This document shows, piece by piece, positions 27,459 through 35,953 of a stretch of DNA of 58,976 nt. The stretch comes from Candidatus Woesearchaeota archaeon (GTDB lineage: Archaea > Nanobdellota > Nanobdellia > Pacearchaeales > GW2011-AR1), in assembly GCA_964406515.1 (NCBI GenBank), contig CAYORV010000003.1, forward strand, positions 1 through 58,976, in the 5' to 3' direction. Each line of letters begins with the position of its first letter. Position 1 is the stretch's first letter. Made by a program: the position numbers and the translations under genes. Below the pieces are notes generated by a model. The model was not told the DNA's origin, made no database searches, and saw only the letters and a list, made by a program, of their open reading frames with translations.

Positions 27459-28322
27459 TTACTCAATCTGTTCAATAATTCCCTCAAAAACTTTTCTGTA
27501 TTCGGGATTTATCTCAACAACTGGTTTCATTTTTATTGTAGAATCAACAAAATCTTTCTTATAAGGAATTCTCCCAATAATGGGAATTTCGTTTCTTTTT
27601 GCAAAACTTTCTATTTTCGAACAAAATTTTCTTGCTAAATCAAATTTATTTATTACAATTCCAGATTTAATCTTAAAATGATTTGCCAAATATAAAACTC
27701 TTTTCAAGTCATGCAATGCAGATGGAGTTGGTTCTGTAACTGCAACTATATAATCAGTTCCAACTAACGAAGCAATAACAGGGCACCCAACACCCGCAGC
27801 AGAATCTATAAGCATAATTTCAGATTCTAATTTTTTATTAATCTCCTCTGCTTTTTCTCTTACAGAAGAAACAATTTCCCCTGAAGCTAACTCACCTAAT
27901 TTAAGTTCCCCAATAATTAAATCTACATTATAATTTTTCCCAACATAAATTGTTCCTATTTGTTTCTTTGTCATAGAAATCGCTCCACTTGGACAAGCAA
28001 CCATACATGCCTTACATCCAATACACACATCTTTTACAAAAGCAGGATATTTTCCCTCAACAAAAACAATAGCATTTTGTTTGCAAATACTCGCACATCT
28101 ACCACATTTTGTACATTTACTAAAATCCCATTGAGGAATTGGTTGATAAACATTAGAATATTTTTTTCTTTTTATAGAAAGAAGAAGATGATCATTAGGA
28201 CACTCAACATCAGCATCAACTAACATTGTTTTCTTTTCTCTTGCAAATTCTACAGCTAAAGAAGTTGCTACCGTAGACTTCCCAGTTCCTCCTTTACCTC
28301 CAGTTACAGCTATTCTTCTCAT
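27459..28322 (-). CDS. MinD-like P-loop ATPase with inserted 2x[4Fe-4S] ferredoxin domain
   Basis: GGKGGTGKST, DADVECPN, CTKCGRCASIC, CIGCKACMVACP, VTEPTP. Confidence 0.9.
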   Translation of the reverse strand: MRRIAVTGGKGGTGKSTVATSLAVEFAREKKTMLVDADVECPNDHLLLSIKRKKYSNVYQPIPQWDFSKCTKCGRCASICKQNAIVFVEGKYPAFVKDVCIGCKACMVACPSGAISMTKKQIGTIYVGKNYNVDLIIGELKLGELASGEIVSSVREKAEEINKKLESEIMLIDSAAGVGCPVIASLVGTDYIVAVTEPTPSALHDLKRVLYLANHFKIKSGIVINKFDLARKFCSKIESFAKRNEIPIIGRIPYKKDFVDSTIKMKPVVEINPEYRKVFEGIIEQIE

Positions 28323-28738
28323 TTTTTATCTCCTTCAATCATAATACAAACATCATGTAAAACTTTTATTTTATTCCTTTTACAATAACTTATAGATTTT
28401 TTTGATTCAGAACCAGGTTGCATCCAAATCTTGTTCACATTTAATTTATTACATTCTTTAACAATCTCATTAGTAATATCTGAGGGGACTACCAAATCTA
28501 CAACATCTGGTCTCTCCGGTAAATTTTCTAATTTTGAATAACATTTATCTCCAAAAATCTTACTAACCTTTGGATTTATTGGATAAACCTTATAACCTCT
28601 TTTTTTTAAATCTGCATAAACCTTATTCCCATATTTTTCAATATCTCTTGAAACACCCACAACTGCAAAAACATTTTTTTTATCTAAAAATTCATTAATC
28701 ATTTTATCATTCTGGGAATCCATTTTACTCATCACCAT
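28319..28738 (-). CDS. CoA-binding protein (YccU-like)
   Basis: AVVGVS...KYGN...YPINP...IWMQPG. Confidence 0.88.
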   Translation of the reverse strand: MVMSKMDSQNDKMINEFLDKKNVFAVVGVSRDIEKYGNKVYADLKKRGYKVYPINPKVSKIFGDKCYSKLENLPERPDVVDLVVPSDITNEIVKECNKLNVNKIWMQPGSESKKSISYCKRNKIKVLHDVCIMIEGDKK

Positions 28739-29099
28739 CCTCTTTTTTTATTCCATAACCCCTACCTTCTCCAGGTTCACAAAAATCTTTTCCTTGTTTA
28801 ATTTCTCCTTTAATAAAACTTTTAATTACTCCATTTATTTCTCCTTGAATTCCAGTAATTAATTTAATACCAAATTGTTCAAAAAGTTCTTGCGCCCTAA
28901 ATCCTGCTCCTCCAGCAATAACATAACTCACACCTTGTTCTTTAAAAAATTTCGGAAGAAAACCAGTCATATGTCCAGGATTTTCAATTACTTTTTTATT
29001 TTTAATTTTATTGCCTTCAATTTCTACAATAGTAAACTCCGGACATCTACCAAAATGTTCAGATACTCTTCCTAAATCTGTTGATATTGCTATTTTCAT
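28725..29099 (-). CDS. NifB/NifX-family cofactor-binding protein
   Basis: MKIAIST...VSEHFGRCPEF. Confidence 0.9.
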   Translation of the reverse strand: MKIAISTDLGRVSEHFGRCPEFTIVEIEGNKIKNKKVIENPGHMTGFLPKFFKEQGVSYVIAGGAGFRAQELFEQFGIKLITGIQGEINGVIKSFIKGEIKQGKDFCEPGEGRGYGIKKEDGDE

Positions 29100-29116
29100 T
29101 TTTTATTTCTAATTAT

Positions 29117-29488
29117 TTACCTCAATCCTGCATGTTGCGGACCAGTAGCATCTGTTAATTCCTTAGATTTTCCTTCAATAAAATCTTTCACAACATCCTT
29201 AATTTTTCCTTCTCCAAAATAAGATTTAATCCCAAATTGTTCAAATACAGAAAAAGCTCTTGGACCTAAATTTGTAGTTATAACCGCATCAACTTTTTCA
29301 TTCGCAACAATCTCTCCTGCTATAATTCCTGCACCCCCCATTTGTGCTTTTGCTGTATTTTCAATTGCTTTCACATTTTTTATTTTCTTATCTTCAATTT
29401 CTACAATTAAAAAATAATTACATCTTCCAAATCTTGCATCTACCTCACTATCCATAGTTTTCCCTATTGAACTTATTGCTATTTTCAT
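29117..29488 (-). CDS. NifB/NifX-family cofactor-binding protein
   Basis: MKIAISS...DARFGRCNYF...GGAG...GPRA. Confidence 0.9.
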   Translation of the reverse strand: MKIAISSIGKTMDSEVDARFGRCNYFLIVEIEDKKIKNVKAIENTAKAQMGGAGIIAGEIVANEKVDAVITTNLGPRAFSVFEQFGIKSYFGEGKIKDVVKDFIEGKSKELTDATGPQHAGLR

Positions 29489-29685
29489 TTTTTTCCCTCC
29501 TTTTGATTCTTTTCGCTATCATGTTTTATTGCTTTTTGAGGACAAATTTCATGACATTTTTTACATCTAATACATTTTTTCATATCTATTACTGCTTTTC
29601 CATTTTCCATACTTATAGCATTAACAGGACACTCCCCAACACAGATTCCACAACCAACACACATAGTTTCATCTACCCAAGGCAT
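29485..29685 (-). CDS. 2x[4Fe-4S] ferredoxin
   Basis: CVGCGICVGECP and CIRCKKCHEICP. Confidence 0.92.
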   Translation of the reverse strand: MPWVDETMCVGCGICVGECPVNAISMENGKAVIDMKKCIRCKKCHEICPQKAIKHDSEKNQKEGKK

Positions 29686-29686
29686 T

Positions 29687-29824
29687 TTAATTTTCTTCCT
29701 CTCTATTTATTTTAATTGCATTATTTGGACAAGCATGCATACATGCTCCGCACCTCTTACAATTTTCAAGATTTTTAACTACTGCTTTCTCTTTAAAATC
29801 TATATCTGTTACATTCATAATCAT
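29687..29824 (-). CDS. Short ferredoxin-like ORF (45 aa, one CxxCxxCxxxCP motif; possibly truncated)
   Basis: Manual translation MIMNVTDIDFKEKAVVKNLENCKRCGACMHACPNNAIKINREEEN. Confidence 0.65.
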   Translation of the reverse strand: MIMNVTDIDFKEKAVVKNLENCKRCGACMHACPNNAIKINREEEN

Positions 29825-29825
29825 T

Positions 29826-30392
29826 TCATTTTTTACATCCTTCTACTTTTCTTTTTTCTTCTGCCTCTTGCAAAGAAGAATATCCTAATTTTTTAAATAT
29901 ATCAGAATATATCTCTTCTTCAAGATTTCTTTTTTCTTCTTTTGCTCTTAAAAGATTAGCATAATATAAATTTAATGTTTTATCTGAATATGTTTCAAGT
30001 TCAGACCTTAAATAAACCCCTGCCCTATCTGTCTCCCCCTGCTCTACACTCCCCAATAAATGAGGATATTTTTCTTTAAATCGTTGTAATGATTTATTTT
30101 CAATATCAACAATCTTATCAATAATAGGATTAAAATTCAAACATCCTACCTGATTCCCCATCCGTGCATATTTTTGGGTCATAAAATTTTTTCCTTCTTG
30201 CTTTGCCTTATTTAAATCTCCAATATAAGATGCTAAAGTATCATATGACCAAGTCCCAAATCCACTCCCTCTTATAAATCTAAAAGCATTAGGATTTTCT
30301 TTACAACTTGTTGGTTCAACTGAATTAACAGCAAGGAACATATCCAATTCCACATCTAAGACTTTCTCAATTAAATCTTTCTTTCTTTCCAT
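29826..30392 (-). CDS. DUF4125-family protein
   Basis: ELDMF...C.ENP.AF..IR...KYARM...YLRSELETYSDKTL. Confidence 0.8.
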   Translation of the reverse strand: MERKKDLIEKVLDVELDMFLAVNSVEPTSCKENPNAFRFIRGSGFGTWSYDTLASYIGDLNKAKQEGKNFMTQKYARMGNQVGCLNFNPIIDKIVDIENKSLQRFKEKYPHLLGSVEQGETDRAGVYLRSELETYSDKTLNLYYANLLRAKEEKRNLEEEIYSDIFKKLGYSSLQEAEEKRKVEGCKK

Positions 30393-30408
30393 TTTATTTT
30401 TTATATTT

Positions 30409-30897
30409 TTATCCTCTTATCATAGGACTTCCGCATTTAGGACATTTTTGTTGGTAGCAAGGTTGCCCCAATGTATGTGAACCTTTATGTCCACATTTTG
30501 GACAAACACATTGTCCACCAGGCCCAGCAGCAGATCTTCCTCCGCCAAGTCCTCTGCCACCACCTCCTCTGCCTCTTCCTAAACCAAGTCCTCTTCCTCG
30601 TGGTTGAACCATCTCAAAATTACCTCCTTGTATTTTTATAGCATAAGCATTAACAAGAGCTTCTGAAATCTTTTTCCTTGCACTTTTCAAAAGTCGTGAA
30701 AATGTTGGTTGAGAAATCTTCATTTTTTTCCCTGCCTCTCCTTGTTCAATTTCTTCATAATCCACTAACCTAATAGATTCAAATTCATCTCTTGTAAGAA
30801 TTATTTCTTTTAAGTGAGCAAGGGGTATTCCTGCAGGTTTAAAATAATTTGCATTCGGTTCAAAAAATATTCTTCTTGACAATCTTGGTCTTGGCAT
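30409..30897 (-). CDS. DUF134-family DNA-binding protein with C-terminal Cys-rich domain
   Basis: MPRPR...FKPAG...DEFESIRLVD...ISQPTFSRLLKSARKKI; GPGGQCVCPKCG...PC...CPKCG. Confidence 0.88.
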   Translation of the reverse strand: MPRPRLSRRIFFEPNANYFKPAGIPLAHLKEIILTRDEFESIRLVDYEEIEQGEAGKKMKISQPTFSRLLKSARKKISEALVNAYAIKIQGGNFEMVQPRGRGLGLGRGRGGGGRGLGGGRSAAGPGGQCVCPKCGHKGSHTLGQPCYQQKCPKCGSPMIRG

Positions 30898-30898
30898 T

Positions 30899-31954
30899 TT
30901 ATCCTCTTGTTAAATTTGATTTACACTTCGGACATTTAATTGTTGAACAAGGGACTCCTCTTTTATGTTTTTGCTTATATCCACATTTGGGACAAACACA
31001 ATATCCTTCAGGTCCTTTTCCCTTAGCTTCCTTAATCATATCTTTAAATCTTCCTTTCCTTTGCCATCCAAAACCCTTCCCTAAAGAAGGTTTGAAATAA
31101 CCTCTTCCAACATCATGAGATTCAACTTGGATAGCTACATATTCTAAAACATTAATCTGTTCAACAAGATTTTTCTCTAATTTTTTTGTTAAACTTTGCA
31201 CTTCATCAACCTTTAATTTAGCAGGTAATTTAATTATAATTTCAGCAAAAACCTTATTCCCCATTTTCTGGGTTTTTAAACTAGAAAATTCTATATTTTG
31301 TTTCTTAATAATCGCCTTAATTTGATTTTCAATTTTTTCATCAGCACTTGCACCTAACAAGGAATCAGTTGTTTCCTTCCCCAAGGAAAATGCTTCCTTA
31401 ATAATATAAATCCCAACAAGTAAAGCTAAGATAGAATCTAAATGTGCAAAAGTGTTTACAAAAAATAATCCCAAGAAAATCGCCAAAGAAACAAGCAAGT
31501 CAATTCTTGAATGAATCCCATCTGAAATTAAACTTACACTATCATATTTTTTACCAGAATGTATCTTTACAAAAGACATAACTCCGTTAATTAAAGCAGA
31601 AATCCCCATTATTCCAAATGCCAAGTAATTAATATTCAAATCAGCAGGAGTAAAAAATGCTTGAATTGCATCATAAATAATCCATACTGCAGAGAAGAAA
31701 ATTATTAATGTAATTACAAAACCCGATATAACCTCTGCTCTCCCATGCCCATAAGGATGTCCTTTATCTGCAGGCTTTTCAGCAACCTTAATTCCAATTA
31801 AACCAACAGTAGAAGCAATTACGTCTGTTGCAGAATTAACTCCATCTGCTATAATTGCAGCAGATTTAGAAATTGCTCCAACTATAACTTTACCAATAGC
31901 CAAAAATAAATTTGCTATAACTGCAAGAAAAGAAACAAATAGTTTTTTATTCAT
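30899..31954 (-). CDS. Cation diffusion facilitator transporter with C-terminal Cys-rich domain
   Basis: KPADKGHPYGHGRAE, SDGIHSRID; GPEGYCVCPKCG...PC...CPKC. Confidence 0.92.
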   Translation of the reverse strand: MNKKLFVSFLAVIANLFLAIGKVIVGAISKSAAIIADGVNSATDVIASTVGLIGIKVAEKPADKGHPYGHGRAEVISGFVITLIIFFSAVWIIYDAIQAFFTPADLNINYLAFGIMGISALINGVMSFVKIHSGKKYDSVSLISDGIHSRIDLLVSLAIFLGLFFVNTFAHLDSILALLVGIYIIKEAFSLGKETTDSLLGASADEKIENQIKAIIKKQNIEFSSLKTQKMGNKVFAEIIIKLPAKLKVDEVQSLTKKLEKNLVEQINVLEYVAIQVESHDVGRGYFKPSLGKGFGWQRKGRFKDMIKEAKGKGPEGYCVCPKCGYKQKHKRGVPCSTIKCPKCKSNLTRG

Positions 31955-31985
31955 TTTAAAAAAAAGAAAGAAGAATTTAAAAAAC

Positions 31986-32291
31986 TTACTTTATCTCCTT
32001 CAACCGTTTTTGTATCTCTTCCATTTCTTGTTTCAAAGATTTTAAATCTTCTTCAAGAAATTGTTTTTCTTCTTGTTCAGTTATAACTGCTGGTTTGACT
32101 TGTTGTGTTGACATTGGTTGGATAGCTCTTGCTCTCAATGCAAATCCTCTACCTCTTCCTAAACCTCTACCCATTCCTCTTCCAACTCCACCATTCATAA
32201 ATCCTGGTGAATTAAACCCTGCACAAAAACCTATTCCTCTTCCAGTCATTGATCCTTGCCCTGCGGGTCCTGTTCCATCTCCTCGTGGCAT
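31986..32291 (-). CDS. DUF5320-family protein
   Basis: MPRGDGTGPAGQGSMTGRGIGFC; ATG 32291 preferred. Confidence 0.88.
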   Translation of the reverse strand: MPRGDGTGPAGQGSMTGRGIGFCAGFNSPGFMNGGVGRGMGRGLGRGRGFALRARAIQPMSTQQVKPAVITEQEEKQFLEEDLKSLKQEMEEIQKRLKEIK

Positions 32292-32321
32292 TTTTATTCT
32301 CCTGCACATAGTGCATATTTA

Positions 32322-32425
32322 GTTATGAATACCTATGCATAACATTATTTAAATGTTTGGGTTTTGAATACTTATTCAAAATACAGTTAAAAGTTTGTGA
32401 AAACTTTTGTCTCGAATATGTATTC
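32322..32425. promoter_or_regulatory. Three GAATA-N2-TAT(T/G)C palindromes around the TATA box of the metal cluster
   Basis: 32322-32343, 32362-32381 (perfect 9-bp arms), 32414-32425. Confidence 0.55.
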
Positions 32426-32487
32426 ATTACTATTCCTCTGTCTTCACAACTCGGTTCTTGAAAAGTTGTCATTAATATAAACTATAG

Positions 32488-33042
32488 TCACTGTTCAGCA
32501 ACCTCTGCCTTCCCATCTTCAATTAAAATCTTAGCTATCTCACTAGGGATATTTGCAACTTGCCCTTTTTCAAATCCCCCCATTTTTTCTCCATCCATAC
32601 CAACAAATTCCTCAACATCCTCTTTAAATATAACTAATTCATTTTTTTGCTTCTCTTGTTTTTTTCCATTAAAAAGATTATTCAATTTTTTATCAGAAGC
32701 ATCTAAACAAACCATTAATTCCTCAAACAATTCTTTTTCAAAATCAAGCATATTATCAAAATCTTGTTTTGAAATTCCAGTTTCAGTAGCAATTAAAACC
32801 AAACTCAAAATCTTCTTCCTTCTTCTTGTAATCAATTCCTTAAACAAGGTCTTCGCATTTTCAAGTTGCTTCTTTGTTTTATCAATAACATCCGAAAAAG
32901 AATCATCTTCCTTCATAGAAATCTCTTTCTTTTCTCTCATATACTCTGCAACATCAATTACAAATTTCTTGGGCAGTTGCTGCAATTGCTCTGCATATCT
33001 TTCTTTTCTCGCAGCTTCATAAATGTCGTTGTATGTTATCAT
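32488..33042 (-). CDS. GINS complex subunit (Gins51/Gins15-like)
   Basis: Helical A domain (RRRKKIL) plus B domain EFVGMDGEKMGGFEKGQVANIPSEIAKILI. Confidence 0.8.
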   Translation of the reverse strand: MITYNDIYEAARKERYAEQLQQLPKKFVIDVAEYMREKKEISMKEDDSFSDVIDKTKKQLENAKTLFKELITRRRKKILSLVLIATETGISKQDFDNMLDFEKELFEELMVCLDASDKKLNNLFNGKKQEKQKNELVIFKEDVEEFVGMDGEKMGGFEKGQVANIPSEIAKILIEDGKAEVAEQ

Positions 33043-33091
33043 CTAAAAAGAAATAATCAAAGACTTTTAATGATTATTATAATGAAGTGCA

Positions 33092-33252
33092 ATCAGGCTT
33101 GACCTATCTTAAAGGAAGTTTCGTAAAAGAAACCCTTGGTTCTTTATCAGGCTTGACCCTAACTTAAAGGAGATGTCATAAGAAGAACCTTATTCTTTAT
33201 CAGGCTTGACCCTATCTTAAAGGAGATGTCATAAGAAGAACCTTGGTTCTTT
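33092..33252. repeat. Three tandem copies (54/53/54 bp) of the GAACC/GGTTC hairpin element
   Basis: Unit ATCAGGCTTGACCCTATCTTAAAGGAGATGTCATAAGAAGAACCTTGGTTCTTT starting at 33092, 33146, 33199. Confidence 0.92.
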
Positions 33253-33255
33253 TTA

Positions 33256-34500
33256 TTATTTCACAAACCCTACCTTCTTCAATAATTCCTTGCCCAGAAT
33301 CCTTCCTAATTTGCCCTTTCTTGCTTCTTTCTCACAAAATTTCTTCTCTTTTGGAGGAGAATCATTATAAAAAAGTACAGGCACAGGGTCAGCAGAATGT
33401 GTTTTTAATTTGCAGGGTGTTGAATGGTCTGCTGTTACTACCACCTTAATTTTATTTGGAGGAGCAAATTTCCTTAAAAAATTAAATAATGTCTTATCAA
33501 TATATTCTAACATCATCTTCTTTTCAGCTGGCTTGTTATCATGCCCAGCAGTATCTGTCTCTTTAATGTGCACATAAGCATAATCTGCACTTTTACGATT
33601 TTTCTTCAAAACTTTAATCGAAAATTTACAAGCTTTCGCCAAGCTCTCATAAAGATTTGCATAAACATCTAATTTCTTTAATTCAGGTTGCTCAAAATGA
33701 AAAGTTTTCATTCCAGAAACTTTAGAAAATCCAACTTCCAAGGGCATATAAGCAGCAGATACCCATTTTTTATAAGGCTTTAACTTTGGAGGTTCAATAC
33801 CAGGTCCACGAATAAGCAAATAATTCGCAGGCATTAATCCTCTTCTCTTTCTTTCTATATTAATCGGATGATTGTTGAGAACTTCGTAAGCCTTCTCTAA
33901 AAATTCATTAATTATATTTACAGTATAATAAGTATTTTCTTCATCATCAAAAGGTTTACAAGAAGTAATTTTATCAACTGGTGCAGCTTTTCCTTGTGAA
34001 TAAGTTAAATCATTCCCAGAAATATTATCTGAAAAACCCCCTCTTAAAATCAAAACAGCTCTATGCCGAACAGTCGGCTGAAAAATAAATTCACAAGGAA
34101 GTTTTATTTTATTATTAATTGCTTTTGCTAATCCTTCTGATTCAAGAGTAGTTAAGGTTCTCCCAGCTCTCCTATCAATCATATTTCCCTTTTCCAAAGA
34201 ATCTATCGTAGAAAAATTAACTCTTAAAGCCAAGTCCCCTCTTGTCAATTTAATATCAGTTCCTCTTGCTTCTAATTGTCCCCTTGTACTTGAAATTAAT
34301 TCATTACCAAAAATAGAAACAATTGCTTCGTCAGATTCTGGAACAAAACTTGGTCTAACAGGATGCATATACCCCATTTCTCCACGAGTTGCTAAGAAAT
34401 CAAGATTAGGAGTTTCTGCAGCCTCTAAAGGAGTCTTCCCATCAAGTTGTTTACAGGGCAAATCGCCCATTCCATCAATAATAACTAACACACCTTTCAT
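33256..34500 (-). CDS. apgM: 2,3-BPG-independent phosphoglycerate mutase (archaeal type)
   Basis: IIDGMGD...KTPLEAAETPNLD, HIKETDTAGHD, TADHSTP...HSADPVP. Confidence 0.93.
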   Translation of the reverse strand: MKGVLVIIDGMGDLPCKQLDGKTPLEAAETPNLDFLATRGEMGYMHPVRPSFVPESDEAIVSIFGNELISSTRGQLEARGTDIKLTRGDLALRVNFSTIDSLEKGNMIDRRAGRTLTTLESEGLAKAINNKIKLPCEFIFQPTVRHRAVLILRGGFSDNISGNDLTYSQGKAAPVDKITSCKPFDDEENTYYTVNIINEFLEKAYEVLNNHPINIERKRRGLMPANYLLIRGPGIEPPKLKPYKKWVSAAYMPLEVGFSKVSGMKTFHFEQPELKKLDVYANLYESLAKACKFSIKVLKKNRKSADYAYVHIKETDTAGHDNKPAEKKMMLEYIDKTLFNFLRKFAPPNKIKVVVTADHSTPCKLKTHSADPVPVLFYNDSPPKEKKFCEKEARKGKLGRILGKELLKKVGFVK

Positions 34501-34506
34501 ATTTTT

Positions 34507-35700
34507 ATGACAACCCTATTCTTTATAAAAATTTATGTTAATGAAAAACATTATAAATCTTTGAGAGTTGAAGAGAGTATGTTTAAACTTCTAAAAGAAA
34601 AAATAAAGGGCTGGACAAAAAGAGTTTCAGAAGGAATAGAAGACGAAGAAGGGCCTGAAAAAATCCCACAAAAACAAGAGAAAGAAAAGAAAAAGGTAGT
34701 AAAACCTAAGAAAAAAGAGATAAAGATTCCTCTAAAAATTAATTATCCTGCAATTATGCCAGACACAGAATATTTAGAAAGAGAACTCAAAAAAGTGGAT
34801 GAAGAAGAAAAATCAAAAGACAAAAAATCGTTCTTTAAAAAAATTTCAAAAGTGAAAATTTCTGAAAAAAACTTTGAAACTTATGCTGAAGAACTCGAAA
34901 TGTTGCTTTTAGAAAACAATGTTGCTTTTGAGGTTACAGAAAAAATCATTCAAGAATTAAAAGAAAAAATAATTGGAAAAGAATTTTTAAAAAAAGAACT
35001 TGAAGAAGAAATAACAGAAGCATTTAAAGAAATAATTAGAGAAATCTTAATTACCCCTCCAGATTTAATGGATGAAGTAAAAGAGAAATTAACAGACCAG
35101 TCAAAAGACCCTTATGTTATTTTATTCTGCGGGATAAATGGTTCTGGCAAAACAACAACAATCGCAAAGATTGCAGATAATTTAAAGGACCGCGGAGTTT
35201 CTTGTGTCATTGCGGCAGCAGATACATTCAGGGCCGCTTCAATTGAACAAATAAAAGAACATGGAGAAAAAGTTGGAGCAAGAGTTATTTCACATGAATA
35301 TGGTTCAGATCCTGCTGCAGTAGCATTTGATGCAGTAAAATATGCAAAAAAGAATTTCATAAGATGCGTGCTCATAGATACTGCCGGACGAATGCATACT
35401 GAAAAAAATCTGTTAAAAGAAATAGAAAAAATTGCAAAAGTTGCTAAACCAGATTTAAAGATTTTTGTAGGAGAAAGTATTACTGGAAACGATGCAATAG
35501 AACAAGTAAAAAGTTTTGATTGGGCAATAGGAATAGACGGAATTGTTTTGACAAAAGCAGACATTGACGAAAAAGGCGGAACCTCTTTATCTGTAGGATA
35601 TGTCACAAAAAAACCAATCTATTATCTTGGCACAGGTCAAGCTTATGACAAAATTGAACAATTTGACAAAGAGAAGTTTATTGAAAGGTTGGGATTATAG
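34507..35700 (+). CDS. ftsY: SRP receptor FtsY (start probably 34579)
   Basis: GINGSGKTTT, DTFRAA, DTAGR, TKAD...KGG. Confidence 0.95.
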   Translation: MTTLFFIKIYVNEKHYKSLRVEESMFKLLKEKIKGWTKRVSEGIEDEEGPEKIPQKQEKEKKKVVKPKKKEIKIPLKINYPAIMPDTEYLERELKKVDEEEKSKDKKSFFKKISKVKISEKNFETYAEELEMLLLENNVAFEVTEKIIQELKEKIIGKEFLKKELEEEITEAFKEIIREILITPPDLMDEVKEKLTDQSKDPYVILFCGINGSGKTTTIAKIADNLKDRGVSCVIAAADTFRAASIEQIKEHGEKVGARVISHEYGSDPAAVAFDAVKYAKKNFIRCVLIDTAGRMHTEKNLLKEIEKIAKVAKPDLKIFVGESITGNDAIEQVKSFDWAIGIDGIVLTKADIDEKGGTSLSVGYVTKKPIYYLGTGQAYDKIEQFDKEKFIERLGL

Positions 35701-35734
35701 AAAATCTTTTATAGTAAAAATTCTTTATTTGTTC

Positions 35735-35908
35735 ATGTATAGTTTAAAGAGATTAAATGGGATCTTAGATGAATATTTAGAAAGAAATATTTCAGAAAAC
35801 CAAACTCCTAATCCAATAATCTCCTCCAATCCAATTAATGAGCACATCAAATTTAAGATTGATTTAAGAACAGGAAAAATGGAAACAATTATTAAAAAAA
35901 TCTTCTAA
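35735..35908 (+). CDS. Small hypothetical protein (57 aa)
   Basis: ATG 35735 fills the ftsY-srp54 gap. Confidence 0.35.
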   Translation: MYSLKRLNGILDEYLERNISENQTPNPIISSNPINEHIKFKIDLRTGKMETIIKKIF

Positions 35909-35953
35909 ATTATAAACCCAAAATTTATTAACCTTTAATTTGCTATTTCTATT

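Noticed and set aside
28725-29488. Nitrogen fixation inferred from NifB/NifX domains
   Set aside because: No nifH/D/K/E/N; stand-alone NifX-like proteins are common in non-diazotrophs
22346-32480. Provirus or integrative element at tRNA-Thr
   Set aside because: No integrase, capsid, terminase or replication gene; no distal att copy; the region lies on the tRNA 5' side
33092-33252. Possible CRISPR array
   Set aside because: Units are contiguous and near-identical with no unique spacers; no cas genes in the window
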